From Paragordius varius (taxonomy: Eukaryota > Animalia > Nematomorpha), in assembly GCA_964247055.1 (NCBI GenBank), contig OZ176050.1, forward strand, positions 4,588,001-4,652,000: 64,000 nt of DNA, given 5' to 3'. Positions 23,873-38,835 of the stretch are shown here, piece after piece. Under the pieces are notes generated by a model. That model worked only from the letters and a program-made list of their open reading frames with translations. It searched no databases and was not told the DNA's origin. Positions within the stretch are counted from its first letter, which is position 1. Every line of letters starts with the position of its first letter. Position numbers and translations under genes: made by a program.

Positions 23873-26157
23873 CTATGGAGAACATGCATAATCATTTATA
23901 TGGGTTATAATATTGCTGGTACTGTCCTTAAGGGCTAACACAAAGTTTTCTCGAAAGCATTTGTTTAATGCTATGTTCATATAAAAGGTAACAGCCACAT
24001 ACGTATATTCCAGAAGAGACAAGCAATACCAAATTCTTAAATCTTTGGTTCCTAAAAATATAATCAAAAAATAAATTACCCACACATTGAATAGCAATAA
24101 CATAGGTTTTTAAGGAAGTCTTTTTAATAGTGAATATAGAAAATTTTTTATGTATATAGACAAATATTTAATAAAAATTCTAATCACCAATCAGGGGACA
24201 TTTATAATCAGCAATATAGGTATTTACTGTTAACACTTCCTTACATTTCCATTTTTTCAACGCGATGACTTTTGTGTAGTTTTATCTAAAGCTTAAAGTA
24301 GTCAGTTAAAATACTGTTTTGAAAGTTGTTTTGGTGAAAACATAATTATCAAACCTTCTTCCCCTGTAATAGATAAAAACATAAAATTTTATTTTTTTTA
24401 TCTCCTAGAGTCCCAAATTTAACGCGATTGAAACAACAGCTGATATTTAAATCTATACAAAAAATTGCTGGTACATTGTAATTTGAAAGCTTTCAATTAA
24501 TTAATTATATGTTTAAACCTTAATATAAATTTATTTCCCTGTTGTATTAACGATTTGGAAAAATTAAAAAAATGGCGGCCAAAAATTTTAAGATGTGAAT
24601 ATTTTTACAATTTTACATTTTTAAATTTTTTTTGTATCATTAGCCCGAAAGGCTTTAGAAAGCATATTTTTAAAATTAGCCCAAAGCTAAAAAATTTTTT
24701 CAATATAATTAAAATTTAAATTGGTGGAGCGTTAAAGAAAAAACTCATTAATACAAAAAGCCAATGAGAATAAAAATATAGCATATTATCTTGACCAAAT
24801 TCTAACTACTTTAAAAGTTTATTAATATTGTTATTAACGTTCAATAAAATAACGACCCTAAATAAAAAGTAAATTTATTAAATCAAGTCTTTTGTAAAAA
24901 GGAATATATTTAGCATATTTATATTTGCTCTTTTTATCCATTTAATTTTAATTTAACGGTAAGGCAAAAGTGGCATTTTGCTGAGAAAAATTAAAAGCTA
25001 ATATAATATTATTGTGTTAAAATTTAACCTAAATTCTTTGACACAATGAAGACAACGTTTCCGATCGAGGCCGGTAATAAGAAAAAAATAAATTGTATGA
25101 GAAGGATTAGCAGTAATTTGTAATTTTTACGGATTTCTATTTTTTTCTTGGCCAATTTTTCATGCTTAACATTTTCGCGGGGATCTGCAAAAGTACTCTT
25201 TGATGCCCCTTGACCACTTATGGCATCTTGATTTATGCTTAAATTGGATACATCCCGTGTGGGCAAGTCACCTGGTCTGGCTGGAGAATCCAAATGTTGG
25301 TACAACATTTTTACCGCATGAATGTTAGATTTAGTCACTTTTCTATCTTTAGAATCTGTTTTTGTGTCATCATTGACGTTAGCAACACTATTATTATTAT
25401 TTGGGGTGAATTGAGTTTGATGATCGTCTCGCGTTATATCCCACAAAAAGAGATGATGCGTTTTATATATGGCATATAACTTGAGATACATTTCAATGGC
25501 AAATGGGAGCCACATAGTAAAACACATACGAAGAACGTAGTATACCAAACCCGAACTCGTGTGCGTTAAATAGCTACGCGAAAAAGTATACACCCAAAGC
25601 AATCTGTTATTCTGGATAAAATGATTCGGGTTAAGGCGATACACCTTAAAAATAGTGGCTGAGAGTGGAATGGTCCATATCAAGGAGTAGAGGCATATAA
25701 CTATAAATGCTATTTTGACACAACGCATCGAACAAAATTTGCGATAAAAATAGGGGTATGTCACAGCTATCATATGGTAGGCACAGAAAAGGAAAGAAAC
25801 CAAAAAGCTACAATTAATTAAAGCGCGTGCCATTGGGAAATGGAATATAATCAGGTAACGGTTCAGGTTTCGATTCAAATAAAATTTATGAAAACGTACG
25901 GATAGGAATAATTCAATCAGGGGCCACGGAATCATGAAAACACAACTGATCAAATTTACGGCAAATAAGTATCGGTTAAGGATGCCACTGATTGATACAT
26001 GTGGTTCAAAGATTGGATGATAGGCCATCATAAGGCCAAAACTGTTACCCACAATTCCTAGGACAAAAATTGTAACTAGGAGAGATTTGTAAATTGTTTC
26101 ATACAATGGATTCAGATACATTAGATGAGTTGGAAAAGTTAACTGTGATGCATCCAT
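23873..26157 (-). CDS. Divergent class A (peptide-receptor-like) GPCR, copy 2; two exons, 435 aa
   Basis: Exon 1 is 26157-25029 (TM1 GIVGNSFGL through TM6 QFIFFLLPASI); donor TTAG|GTTAAA at 25028; acceptor TTTTTAG at 24052. Exon 2 is 24051-23873 (GTKDLRIWYCLSLLEYTYVAVTFYMNIALNKCFRENF...). Seven hydrophobic segments and the same intron position and phase as copy 1. The start codon is uncertain. Confidence 0.88.
24255..24620 (+). repeat. Dispersed repeat, second copy at ~51830-52170
   Basis: Shared blocks CGCGATGAC, GTTTTGAAAGTTGTTTTGGT, TTCCCCTGTAA and GATTGAAACAA.CA.CTGATA in the same order. Confidence 0.6.
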
Positions 26158-27769
26158 TTATCATTACCCAAAAAGGAACGAGGTAGAAAAAGAAATGGGT
26201 ATAATTTATTAAATAATATATCCTTGTTCGTATTATATCATGTAAACTGTTTCCATTTGACTCTTTAAAATATTTATAATATTCATAATGTTGAATATTC
26301 TTTAATGAGGTAGTATAAAAACTTTTAGCCATTTTAATGGGAAGGAAGCGTTGTTATTGAAAAAAAGTGACGGTATATAAAATCTTGCTTCTTGTTTTAA
26401 TTATATTATCGTTAATATTGTTTTCATAAAATATGAATTTCATATCTTATAAATTATTGATGAGTATAAAGTTATGACGGATGTTATCCATAGGTTATAA
26501 CTGTAGGCACGCAGAACGTTGGGGTGAATGTTTCAACATAGTTAATGTAATAATAGCAATTAAAATACGGAAAAACTATAAATAACAATTTGATTTCAGA
26601 TGGCCATTAGGATTGGTTATCAAAAATTTTCATAATTTTATCAATCAATATTTAATGTTAAACACAAAAGAAGCATATTAAAAAACGCAAGTAAATAAGT
26701 GTGATTCAATTAAATTTCAAATTAGATACTAACGCATTTTAAACATATTTTATGAAGCAAAGAAAATTTAATTGACTAACACGCGCACACCTGAGTTTGG
26801 TAATGTGTACTAACAAATTATTAATTAAAACTAGGAAGCATAATGAAAATATTAGGAGCTAAAGCTAACTAGGATCTGTTAATTAAAAAACCTATAATGG
26901 ATAAAAATAAAGAAAAAAATAGATCAATGCAGCTAATTGAGCGACCTCTAGCGCTATAAAATCTATTATTATCTTGATTATAGGTATAGAATTTCAAATT
27001 GGTATAGATTATAACAGGATATCCAATTACTCCTTTCGTCTCAGTAATGTCTATGCCATCATTATAAAATTATTTATTTTTAATGTATGCTCCGATTAGT
27101 TAAATCTTAATATCCATAAAAGTTTAAAATTTTATCATTTTAAATTGGGAAATAGGCACAAACAAAAAATATATAGGCAGAATAATTTTGAGAATTTTCT
27201 AAAAGTAATTTAAATTTACTTTCAACACTTATCATATATTTTTTATGAGGATAACTCAAAATATCAAATAAAACATTTAACCACAAATATTGGTCAAAAT
27301 AATAATTAATTTTAACACTTACATGTCACAAAATTAACCACCTTTTTTTATTTTAAGGTATTGGTAATATTTTTTGAAAATATGGAAATAGCTAGTTGGG
27401 TTCCTCGCAATTATGTATTTTAAACCCTTGCTTCAACTAATATGCTGGAAAAATAACTTAATTAATTCATTAATTTTTGGATCCAGTTCAGTAAAATCCC
27501 CTATTATCGTTTTAAAAGGGACTTAATGCGAAAATTACCCATAAAACAATAAGCGCACCATGATTCAATAATCTAAAATACATATTACTAATTAGAAATT
27601 CATTTTTTGGGTGAAGTTGTGAGCCTATCTAAATTGACGAAGAGAACAAATTTTAAATTAATATAATAAATAATGTTTGTCAGTGTATATTTAAGCAAGA
27701 CAAAATTTATACTAACTTGCGTACATTCAAATATTTTCTAAATTCACCAATTAAAAACCTTTGAAACCA

Positions 27770-28240
27770 ATAATAAGGGTGTTTATATTACTGATGCCCT
27801 CCATCAATATTTTGACGTCACTTTCTCTCTTGTACCTAGAAATAAAACCTCCGCACACCTTAAGCTTAATTGTTGATATTTTTAATTACATCATCTCTAA
27901 TCCATTCCATTTACACTGCTTTTATGTGCTTTAATTTGTAATACTGATAAATTTATGTTAACCTTTTAATACCAGCTTTTAGCTGTTGCCAAAATATGCA
28001 TGAGCAGAATTATCTAATATATAAAAACATCAGTGTTAAACCATTAACTATCAAAATTCATGATTTATTTTTTGGGTTTAATGTATCGGGAGTTTTCGAT
28101 ACGCAATCCAACTATTAAATAAATGGAAATAAACCTTATAATCTGTATCTAACATTTCTTAATAATAATAATCTTTAAAGCCTTGGCAATCAAAATTCTT
28201 CTTTATTCATCCAATTTTCTTAATAAATTTATATATTTAA
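27770..28240 (-). mobile_element. Highly decayed RTE-like LINE 3' relic (post-RT region)
   Basis: Minus-strand fragments E*RRILIAKA (cf. EIKRRIAIAK), MEWIRDDVIK (cf. RMDRIRNEVIR) and RESDVKILMEG occur in the expected order; many stops. Confidence 0.4.
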
Positions 28241-28269
28241 CGGATAGTACATTATTTACACCATACTTA

Positions 28270-29300
28270 TATATTGGATGTACAGGATTAATGCTTTAAA
28301 TTGGCTTTTACATTTAAGAGTTATTTATCTTTGTGTCGGAACTGCTCTATATCAGAAATGGCAAATTTACACATATTTTGTAAAATAATTTTTGGTGGCT
28401 ATTCATTCCAAAAATTATCACTAAAATATATCATATAAACTTCATATAAAAAGCAAATCAATATTTTTAAAGTTTTTTAATTTTTATATGTAAGCTCCGT
28501 AAATACCAATTTTTTTTGCCCTTCTAAAATGGGTTAGTTTTCTTAAATTAAATGCTCATTTGATATTAAAAAAGTTTTTGCCGAAAAAATGGATTATTTG
28601 ATAAAAAATTAATTTATGGAAAAATTCTGTTAAAGCTTACTTTTCACCATTTTGCATGATGGAAACGGTATAAAAATACTTTATGATATAGAAACAGAGA
28701 TGCTGAATATTTTGTAACATAAAATATTAATTTAAAAGCTCGCTCGATAATATATTTGGTTTTTTTGTAAAATACTATTTATATTTAACATAAAATTAAC
28801 AAATAGTTTAATCAAAATTTTCAGATGATAAAAATGTTCAGCATCATTGAGTGATATAAAAAGTGCTTTACAATATCTTAAAGCGTTTTTATACCGTTCA
28901 TGAAAATGGTTTGAAATGCTTTTCAAAAGAAATGCTATAAATAAAATTTTTAAGCAAATGTTTGAGGTCAGTCGTCATATATATAAAATTTTTATTGCAC
29001 ATCTCGGCATTTATACGTTTATTTTAACTGGCCCCTTTAAAAAGGCAAAAAATAGGCCTTTTGAAGCCTAAATCTAGATATATTTAGTATTTTTTAGAAT
29101 GAAGCATTTGCCTTTCACCAAAATTTTATTTAACAAAATGTGTGCAAATTTTGCCATTTTCTGATATAGAGCAGTTACCACAAAAGTGTAGATAACTAAT
29201 AAAACAATAATAAGTGCCAAAAAACCCAAAAAAACCATAATAACCCTGATACATTCCCTTTAAGAATATACATTTCATCAGGATATTTTTATTTGTAAAC
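28270..29300. mobile_element. Palindromic (foldback-type) MITE, ~1 kb
   Basis: ACTGCTCTATATCAGAAATGGCAAATTT (28341-28368) is mirrored by AAATTTTGCCATTTTCTGATATAGAGCAGT (~29146-29175). Same family as 29400-30330 and 36520-37390; boundaries approximate. Confidence 0.6.
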
Positions 29301-29355
29301 ACTGATATAGGTTGCACAGAATCGGGGCATATTAAAAATATAATGATGATTATGA

Positions 29356-29391
<36 letters not shown>

Positions 29392-29399
29392 ATAGAAAA

Positions 29400-30330
29400 T
29401 GTATCTGGATTACTAAGGAGTTTGGTTTGGGCCTTACGAGTGATATAAGAAAGTTTTTACCACACTTTGTAACTGCTCCAAATTAGAAATTGAAAAAATT
29501 TACAATTTAATAAATAAGTTTTTTTGGTGAAAGCTAAGCGCTTTATTCCAAAAAATATCACTAAAATATTTTGTAAACTATCTATAAAAAGCAACAAGAT
29601 TTTATAAATTTAAACTATAGATATGTGCGAGAGTCTAAATTATTTGGACCCGTCCAAATCGGGCAGTTTTAGTGAAATAAAGGCAAAAATGCCGAGATTA
29701 AGAGATAAAAATTTTAATATGCTAAATTGTAACATCAAATTAACAATTATTTTTATAGCGAAATTTATCGTATTTTGAAGCATAAAAAACGGTAAGATAA
29801 TCAAACACATTATAACATAAACGCGTCTAATCAATCTAAGGAAAAAGAAATGTTTAGCATCATCGAATCATATAGATAATATATTCCATAACTCTAAATG
29901 TTTTATACCGTTTCCACCATGCTTCCAAATACAATAAAAGTCCTTCTTCAAAATTTAAACATAAATTAAATTTCTAAATAAATCATCCAGTTTTTCGAAA
30001 GATACTGAGGTCTTTATCGCACAATCTCTGCATTTATTTTAAGAAAACTTGCCCGATTCGGACGGGTCCAAAAATAAATTTTACCTATCTAAAATTTTAA
30101 ATTTTCTAAAAATACTGTTTAATATATAGTTTATAAATTTAGTGATATTTTTTGTGAAGCATTTCGATTTAAAAATTTGTTAAACAATTCGTGCGCAATT
30201 TTTTCCCTTTTTTGATATGGAGCAGTTATAAAAGTGGTAATTGCTTTCTTATGTTAATCCTAAACCCAAAAAAGCATCATGAATATCCTCATTTCCTATC
30301 ATATATATTCATCAGGATATTTTTGTGTGA
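29400..30330. mobile_element. Palindromic (foldback-type) MITE, ~930 bp
   Basis: TGGACCCGTCCAAATCGGGCAG (29645-29666) versus TTGCCCGATTCGGACGGGTCCA (30049-30070), a 20/22 inverted match; arms stay alignable to both ends. Confidence 0.7.
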
Positions 30331-32293
30331 TTCTGTAATTATATTTTCATAATTGCAATATGGCAAAATATATGCCATGGATTACGCAGAAATTATCCTT
30401 TTATCACCTGTCAACCCATTTCCTATCTAAACGAAAAAATCCAAACAGCGAAAACATTCGTGGTTTGTTTTAATTTTGCGGTATACCATTGTCAATGATT
30501 GCAATAGGTTGTATATTTATGCTTGTAACTTTTTTCAGATGATATAATAATTCAATTTTTTTATTATAATACTTTTCATGTTAATTTTTAAATTGGTATG
30601 TTACTGCAGCGATTACAGTGCCGAACTGTCTTTTATTATTAGGTGGGAGACGATTTAGAGCGGTTTTATGCTTTGGCGGGTTTGGTGTGCTCTTAAAGAC
30701 ATTAAACGGCGTTCAGTGCGTTTGGGTCCTTAACAGTCTTTTAGACCGTTATGCTAGTAAAAAAGGTATTAATTTTCATATATTAAGTAACCACTTGTTT
30801 TCAATTTGTTCGAATCTAAAGACTATTGAAATATATGTAATTAGTTTTATAAAATGAAACTGTATTTTTGCTTTGTAGGCTGCTTAATTGATAACAATTA
30901 AAGTTATCAATCCCGATGTGAAGTTTTAAAACACGCCAGAATATAAAAATATATTAAATTTTTGTGATTTAAGATATAATGATATCAAACGCATACGGCT
31001 TGTAACTAGTTTCAAAACAATAATCAGATGCTTTCGCCTATACATGGAATAAAGATTACACAAAATTTTTGTTTCACTACCCTGACGATACCATACAGTG
31101 TCAAATTGGCTCGACAACCCAAGAACCTGACAACAATCTAAATGTCGGAAATTCCGTCCAATTATCAACAATGTACTAAATTATTGTAATACCGTAAAAC
31201 GCAAAAATTGGAGTTCGATACATATACCAGACTAATGCGAATAAAATTACTAAGAAAGGCTAATTATACGAGTAATTATCTAATTAGATTATATCTAAAA
31301 ACAGAATAATGACTCAGTAGTTTTATGTCCATGTGTCACGGATAGTTGGACAATAAAGAAAGGAAAGACACGGTATAAATATGCTTTTGAAATGTCCTGC
31401 ATGAGCAAAAAAAAATAAATGAAAATAAATAAAAACTGCGAAATAAAACGCTACATATCCCTGCAAATAAAATTTTCTTACTTAGAACAGATTACGAGAG
31501 CTTCATTTTCTACAAAACGGACAAGAATCAAAGTCGATTTTAGCTAAAATAAATCAAATATAAAATATCCAAATAATATATTATTTTTATCGTTCATTAT
31601 AACAAATATGAGGATATCCGTATTCGAACAGCAGACAAAATCCCAAAATTTTTATTCAGTTACACAAAAAACCATTAAAAACGGTTTCTAACCATAAAAA
31701 AAATTGTTTATTTTATCGTTCGAATTTAATTTTAATATTAACCTTATGTAAAAACATTGTTTTGTTTATATTTAATAATGTAAAAATATTGTTTTGTATA
31801 TCATAAAAGTATTATATTTTTTAAAAAATAGTTGATATAATATTTGGGCCTTTAAAGTTTTTGTGATGAATTCATATTCTATCATTGGCTGTTTTAATAC
31901 ATTGGCCGACAGAAAATTTTTGCAAAAACACTGAAGAATCATATTTTTTGGTAAAGCTTCTTTGGAATCCAAAGCATTTCTCCGGAATACGTCAAATTAT
32001 TAAAGTGAAAATATTGACATAGAATCGGAACCAAAAAAGGATTTTGGTTCTAATGGTTAATTTTCACATGCACTATGTTCCTCTATAATCCTATCTAGAA
32101 CAGATTATTGCCATACTGCCAAAAGATACTGATTTTTACCATATTAAAACAAATTTACGGTTTTCATGGTATAACATTATATTAAATAAACGTACTGCGA
32201 CCTTTATATATAATATATATATATTTTTACAGCGTATTTATTAAAATATGAATCTGTAACAATGAGATGGCAAAAAATTGTGTGTCCGAGCAA

Positions 32294-34747
<2,454 letters not shown>

Positions 34748-36082
34748 ATTTTAAAGTGATAAATTTTGGGAAAAATATGAATTTATAAACTATACGATTG
34801 AATATATCTGATTATTTTTCGCATTATGACTTAGGAAACAGGAAGTTAAATCGAGTTAATTCACGGGGACATAGCCATTGCATTAATTAATGTACAAATA
34901 TGACATAATATAATCCGTGATTATAATTTAATAAAAAATATATTTAGGTTACTAACTCACCCTTAGCCTTCACACATATCTATAGTAATAAAAATATGTG
35001 TCGCACACATATATTTTGATATTGATACTCGATCTATGGGACATTGGACCATATTGTAAATACATTCTACCATAAAGAATATAAAAACAGGAAAGAATGC
35101 TTAAAATGATTAAATATTTAATTATTACGGAATCATAAATCAGATATTAGCACACATTTTAGAAAAATATTGCTTGTTTGGTTCTAATATCTATTTTTAT
35201 ATATATTATTTAGCATATTTTGAATTTTATCACTTCGAATACTAAATAAACCTTGATGTAGCACGTATAGTGTGTCAAAATTGTGATCATTATTTAATAA
35301 AATAATAATTAACAAAAAAAAACATAATTTTAATCAATTTAATTTTTATATAATATGATTTAAGCAGAAACAAACATATTTTTTTGAAAAAAGGTATTTT
35401 TAATATAGGTAAAAAGGATGTAATATATTAATCTACCTGTCATTCAATATACAAATATCAATATATGATTTTTGCCATATTAAATGAATATTTTAAGTTA
35501 CAATATTCCCTAATAGTTATTAATTAATTTTTCCCTATTAAAAACAATCGATTTAAGGCCCCTTAATACAATCATTTATATTCTTGACGATTTCAAGGTA
35601 GAAAGCAGCCTTTGTTATACAAGTGTTTTTTCCTGCCAACTATTTTTTCACATCGAATCTTTAGTAATATGCTTAAATTCATTATTAATTAAACTTCATT
35701 TTTTATTATAAAAATACCCTTTTTAGTTGAAATCTAAATCCAGTAATTTGATATTAACTCACTTTAATATGATTTATATTAGAATGTTTTTAACCTGAGA
35801 GGCCCACGATCTGGTATCTCACGTTAATATAATATTTAGTAGAATGTTTTTACCTGAGAGGCCCACGATCGGAGTATATAGTAATTGAAAAAATCTTTTG
35901 CGCTCTTTTAATATAACAACGCTATTGACAAATACCTAATCAAAGGCAAAAAATCATGTGATATTTTTGCAAGAGTTCAATAAATTATTTATTTCATTTT
36001 ATGGTTAATTTTTTATCAATCTTAATTATTATTTTAGATAAAAATCACTGCATTGGTGTTTAGGAACACTGGGTGGTGGCTT

Positions 36083-36121
<39 letters not shown>

Positions 36122-36519
36122 CCTTACAATATGACTTACCTCCTAAGTGAATATCGGAGTTTATGTTAAATATTCTACTAAATACATATATATAAGATAG
36201 ATGTATAGGATTAAGCTTCGACAGCCCTTTAAGATAATTTCTATCTAATATTCCATATAAATGAATCAGTTCTAAAAAAATTCTTTGCCAAAATTCAAGT
36301 TGCCATTTAAAAAAATAATGCAGGGTTTTATGAATGTTTTATATAAACAACCCGCATAGCTTCAGGGCAAAAGTAAAAACATGCAATATTTATTTGAATA
36401 AAAAGATATTTAGAATTTTTTTAAATTCCTTAGGTAAGAAAAATTTAAGTTTTATATGCACTGCACACAATATCCTATTTATAAAAACACCTGATATAAT
36501 AATAATAATAATATTGTGT

Positions 36520-37390
36520 TAAAAATGCATCAGGATTCTCAAAGGCATTTAGTTTTGGTCCTTACGAGTCAAATAAGAATAATGTTTATGTGGTAATTGT
36601 TCCATATCAGAAAAGGGATGTGCACATATTAAATTAAACATTTTTGGGGAAGCTTAATCGTTCATATAAAATGTTATGAAAATATATCATATACTTTCAA
36701 AGGCAAAACAATATTATTAAAAAAATATTTTTTTAGGGCACCGAAAGTCTCAAGTTTTTGGACCTCTGAATGGGCTATTTTCTTAAAACAAATGCAAATA
36801 TTCCAAGATTTTGCTATAAGTTCATATACTAGATAATGACATAAAAAACATATTAAAAAAATGCATACTTTGCTTGAAAATCAATTTTTAGCATCGGGTG
36901 AACCTTACTCTGTAAAAACACTCTTTAAGACATTCTAAATACTCTTTTTATATTATTCGATGATGCTGAACCCGTTAATCACTCATTCAAGGTTCGTCAT
37001 CGAAATATATACAAAAAGTGTTTTAATGTCATAAAGAATTTTTACACAGTTTTCACCATGCTCTGAAAAACCTTAAAATGAGGTTAATTAAATTTGCTAA
37101 AAATTAATTTTTTAACAAAGTATGCATTTTTCCAATATATTTTTAATGTCATAATCTAGAATATATAAATTATTTAAAAATCTGGGCATTTAGCCGTTTA
37201 TTTAAAATATTGTTTTGCCTTTTAATTTTAAGTATATGATATATGTTAATAATATTTTTCTAAATGAACCGTTTAGCTACCACAAAAGTGGTAAAACCTT
37301 CTTATATCACTCCTACCCAAGACCATCCATGAGAATCCTGATACTTTAATCTATCGTAAAGTATATTTCATCTGGATATTTTTTGTGATA
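36520..37390. mobile_element. Palindromic (foldback-type) MITE, ~870 bp
   Basis: ATCAGGATTCTC (36529-36540) is mirrored by GAGAATCCTGAT (37331-37342); self-complementary centre around 36955-37005; shares TTTTGG.CCTTACGAGT with the other copies. Confidence 0.65.
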
Positions 37391-38835
37391 TAAATGTTAT
37401 AACTTTTAAGTAGGTCTTTAAAGTCTTTTTTTACAATTATTTTAGAAAAATGATATAAAAGCAAAAAAACTCTTAGAAAAAATAATCACATTCACACTCA
37501 ATATTATATATTATGAAATATTATTTTGCCTAAAATATAGAAATTAAAATTTTAAAATATCGATTATGATCACATTTATTGATTATGGATAAAGGATTTG
37601 TGCGATTCAGATTTGTTAAATACAACTTTTTGTATTACACAAAGTTCTAATATTAATATAATTCAATCTAAAATGTAATGTAGACGATTTTGATAAAATG
37701 TACTTTTTATCGTAGAATTTAACATATTGCATTTAACATTGATTTTATGAACAAGAGCTTAACTAATTTTCAAAGTTTTAAATTTGGGAACCTATTTACA
37801 AATAATTGTGGAGAACTAAGCACGTTTTGGTTTATTTATAATATTCATGGTAACTTGAAACATTCTAATTTTCCAAAAAAATTAGCATAATGTGCACGAT
37901 TTTGTCGATTTTTAATAACTTATGCCAAATGGTCATCTATTATAACACTCGATTGTTCCTATGTTATCCATGGTTTTAAGCCCTTTTTTGGCTTCACGGT
38001 GTAATATTTATGGGCACACGTTGCAAGTGAACCTTTACAGTTGTAATATTTCGATTTTTGAGTTTAACCTTATTATCAATGGATATTTGCAATTTTTAAT
38101 AACGGAATCGGGCTTGTAGTTAAAAGTTTATATTAACTTAATATTCATTGATATTATTTTCAAATTTAGAGAAATTTAATCAAAACTTTCCACGTGAATA
38201 TAATTCACCGAAAAACACCTTTGAACATTTCCTTAATTCCGTACATATTTTAGATTGATAAAAGTAACACTTTAATGATGAAAAGATGTTTAGTACATAA
38301 ATTAATGTAAAGTATAATAGAGAAAAAATATATTATCAGAATTTTTTAGATTAAACGATAGCGAAAAATTCTTAACATCATAATGTTATGCAAATATCAT
38401 TCAGTTCATATATAAAGTGTGTTAATTAATACGGAAGATTTTCATGTTCTTTAAAACATGAGATACCAACTAATAGAAGTAATATTTAAAAATGGTATAT
38501 CAGTATTTTTATGTAAATAAATATTAAATTCTGATTATCTAAAATTTATATTGACTTAACATTCATTAGAATACGTTAGCTAAATTAAAGAAGTTTTTGT
38601 AGGTTAAGAATCGAAATGTTATAAACCTTAAGTAATATTATTAATAAAACATATAAAACTAAATATATTTTTTCGGCTTTTTAGCCCTCAGTTTTATTAT
38701 TCCGGAAGTTAACTTTGGTTAAACTATTTCACACTTTTGGAAATAAACATAGTTACACACACCAACACACCAGACTATTTAGGTATTCAAAATTTATTCT
38801 TTTTTTCTTGAAAATAAAACAACCGATTATTAATT

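Noticed and set aside
26941-26954. CTCF-like motif (reverse complement GCGCTAGAGGTCGC) between the GPCR and Not genes
   Set aside because: A single 12/14 consensus match; cannot be told from chance without ChIP or conservation data.
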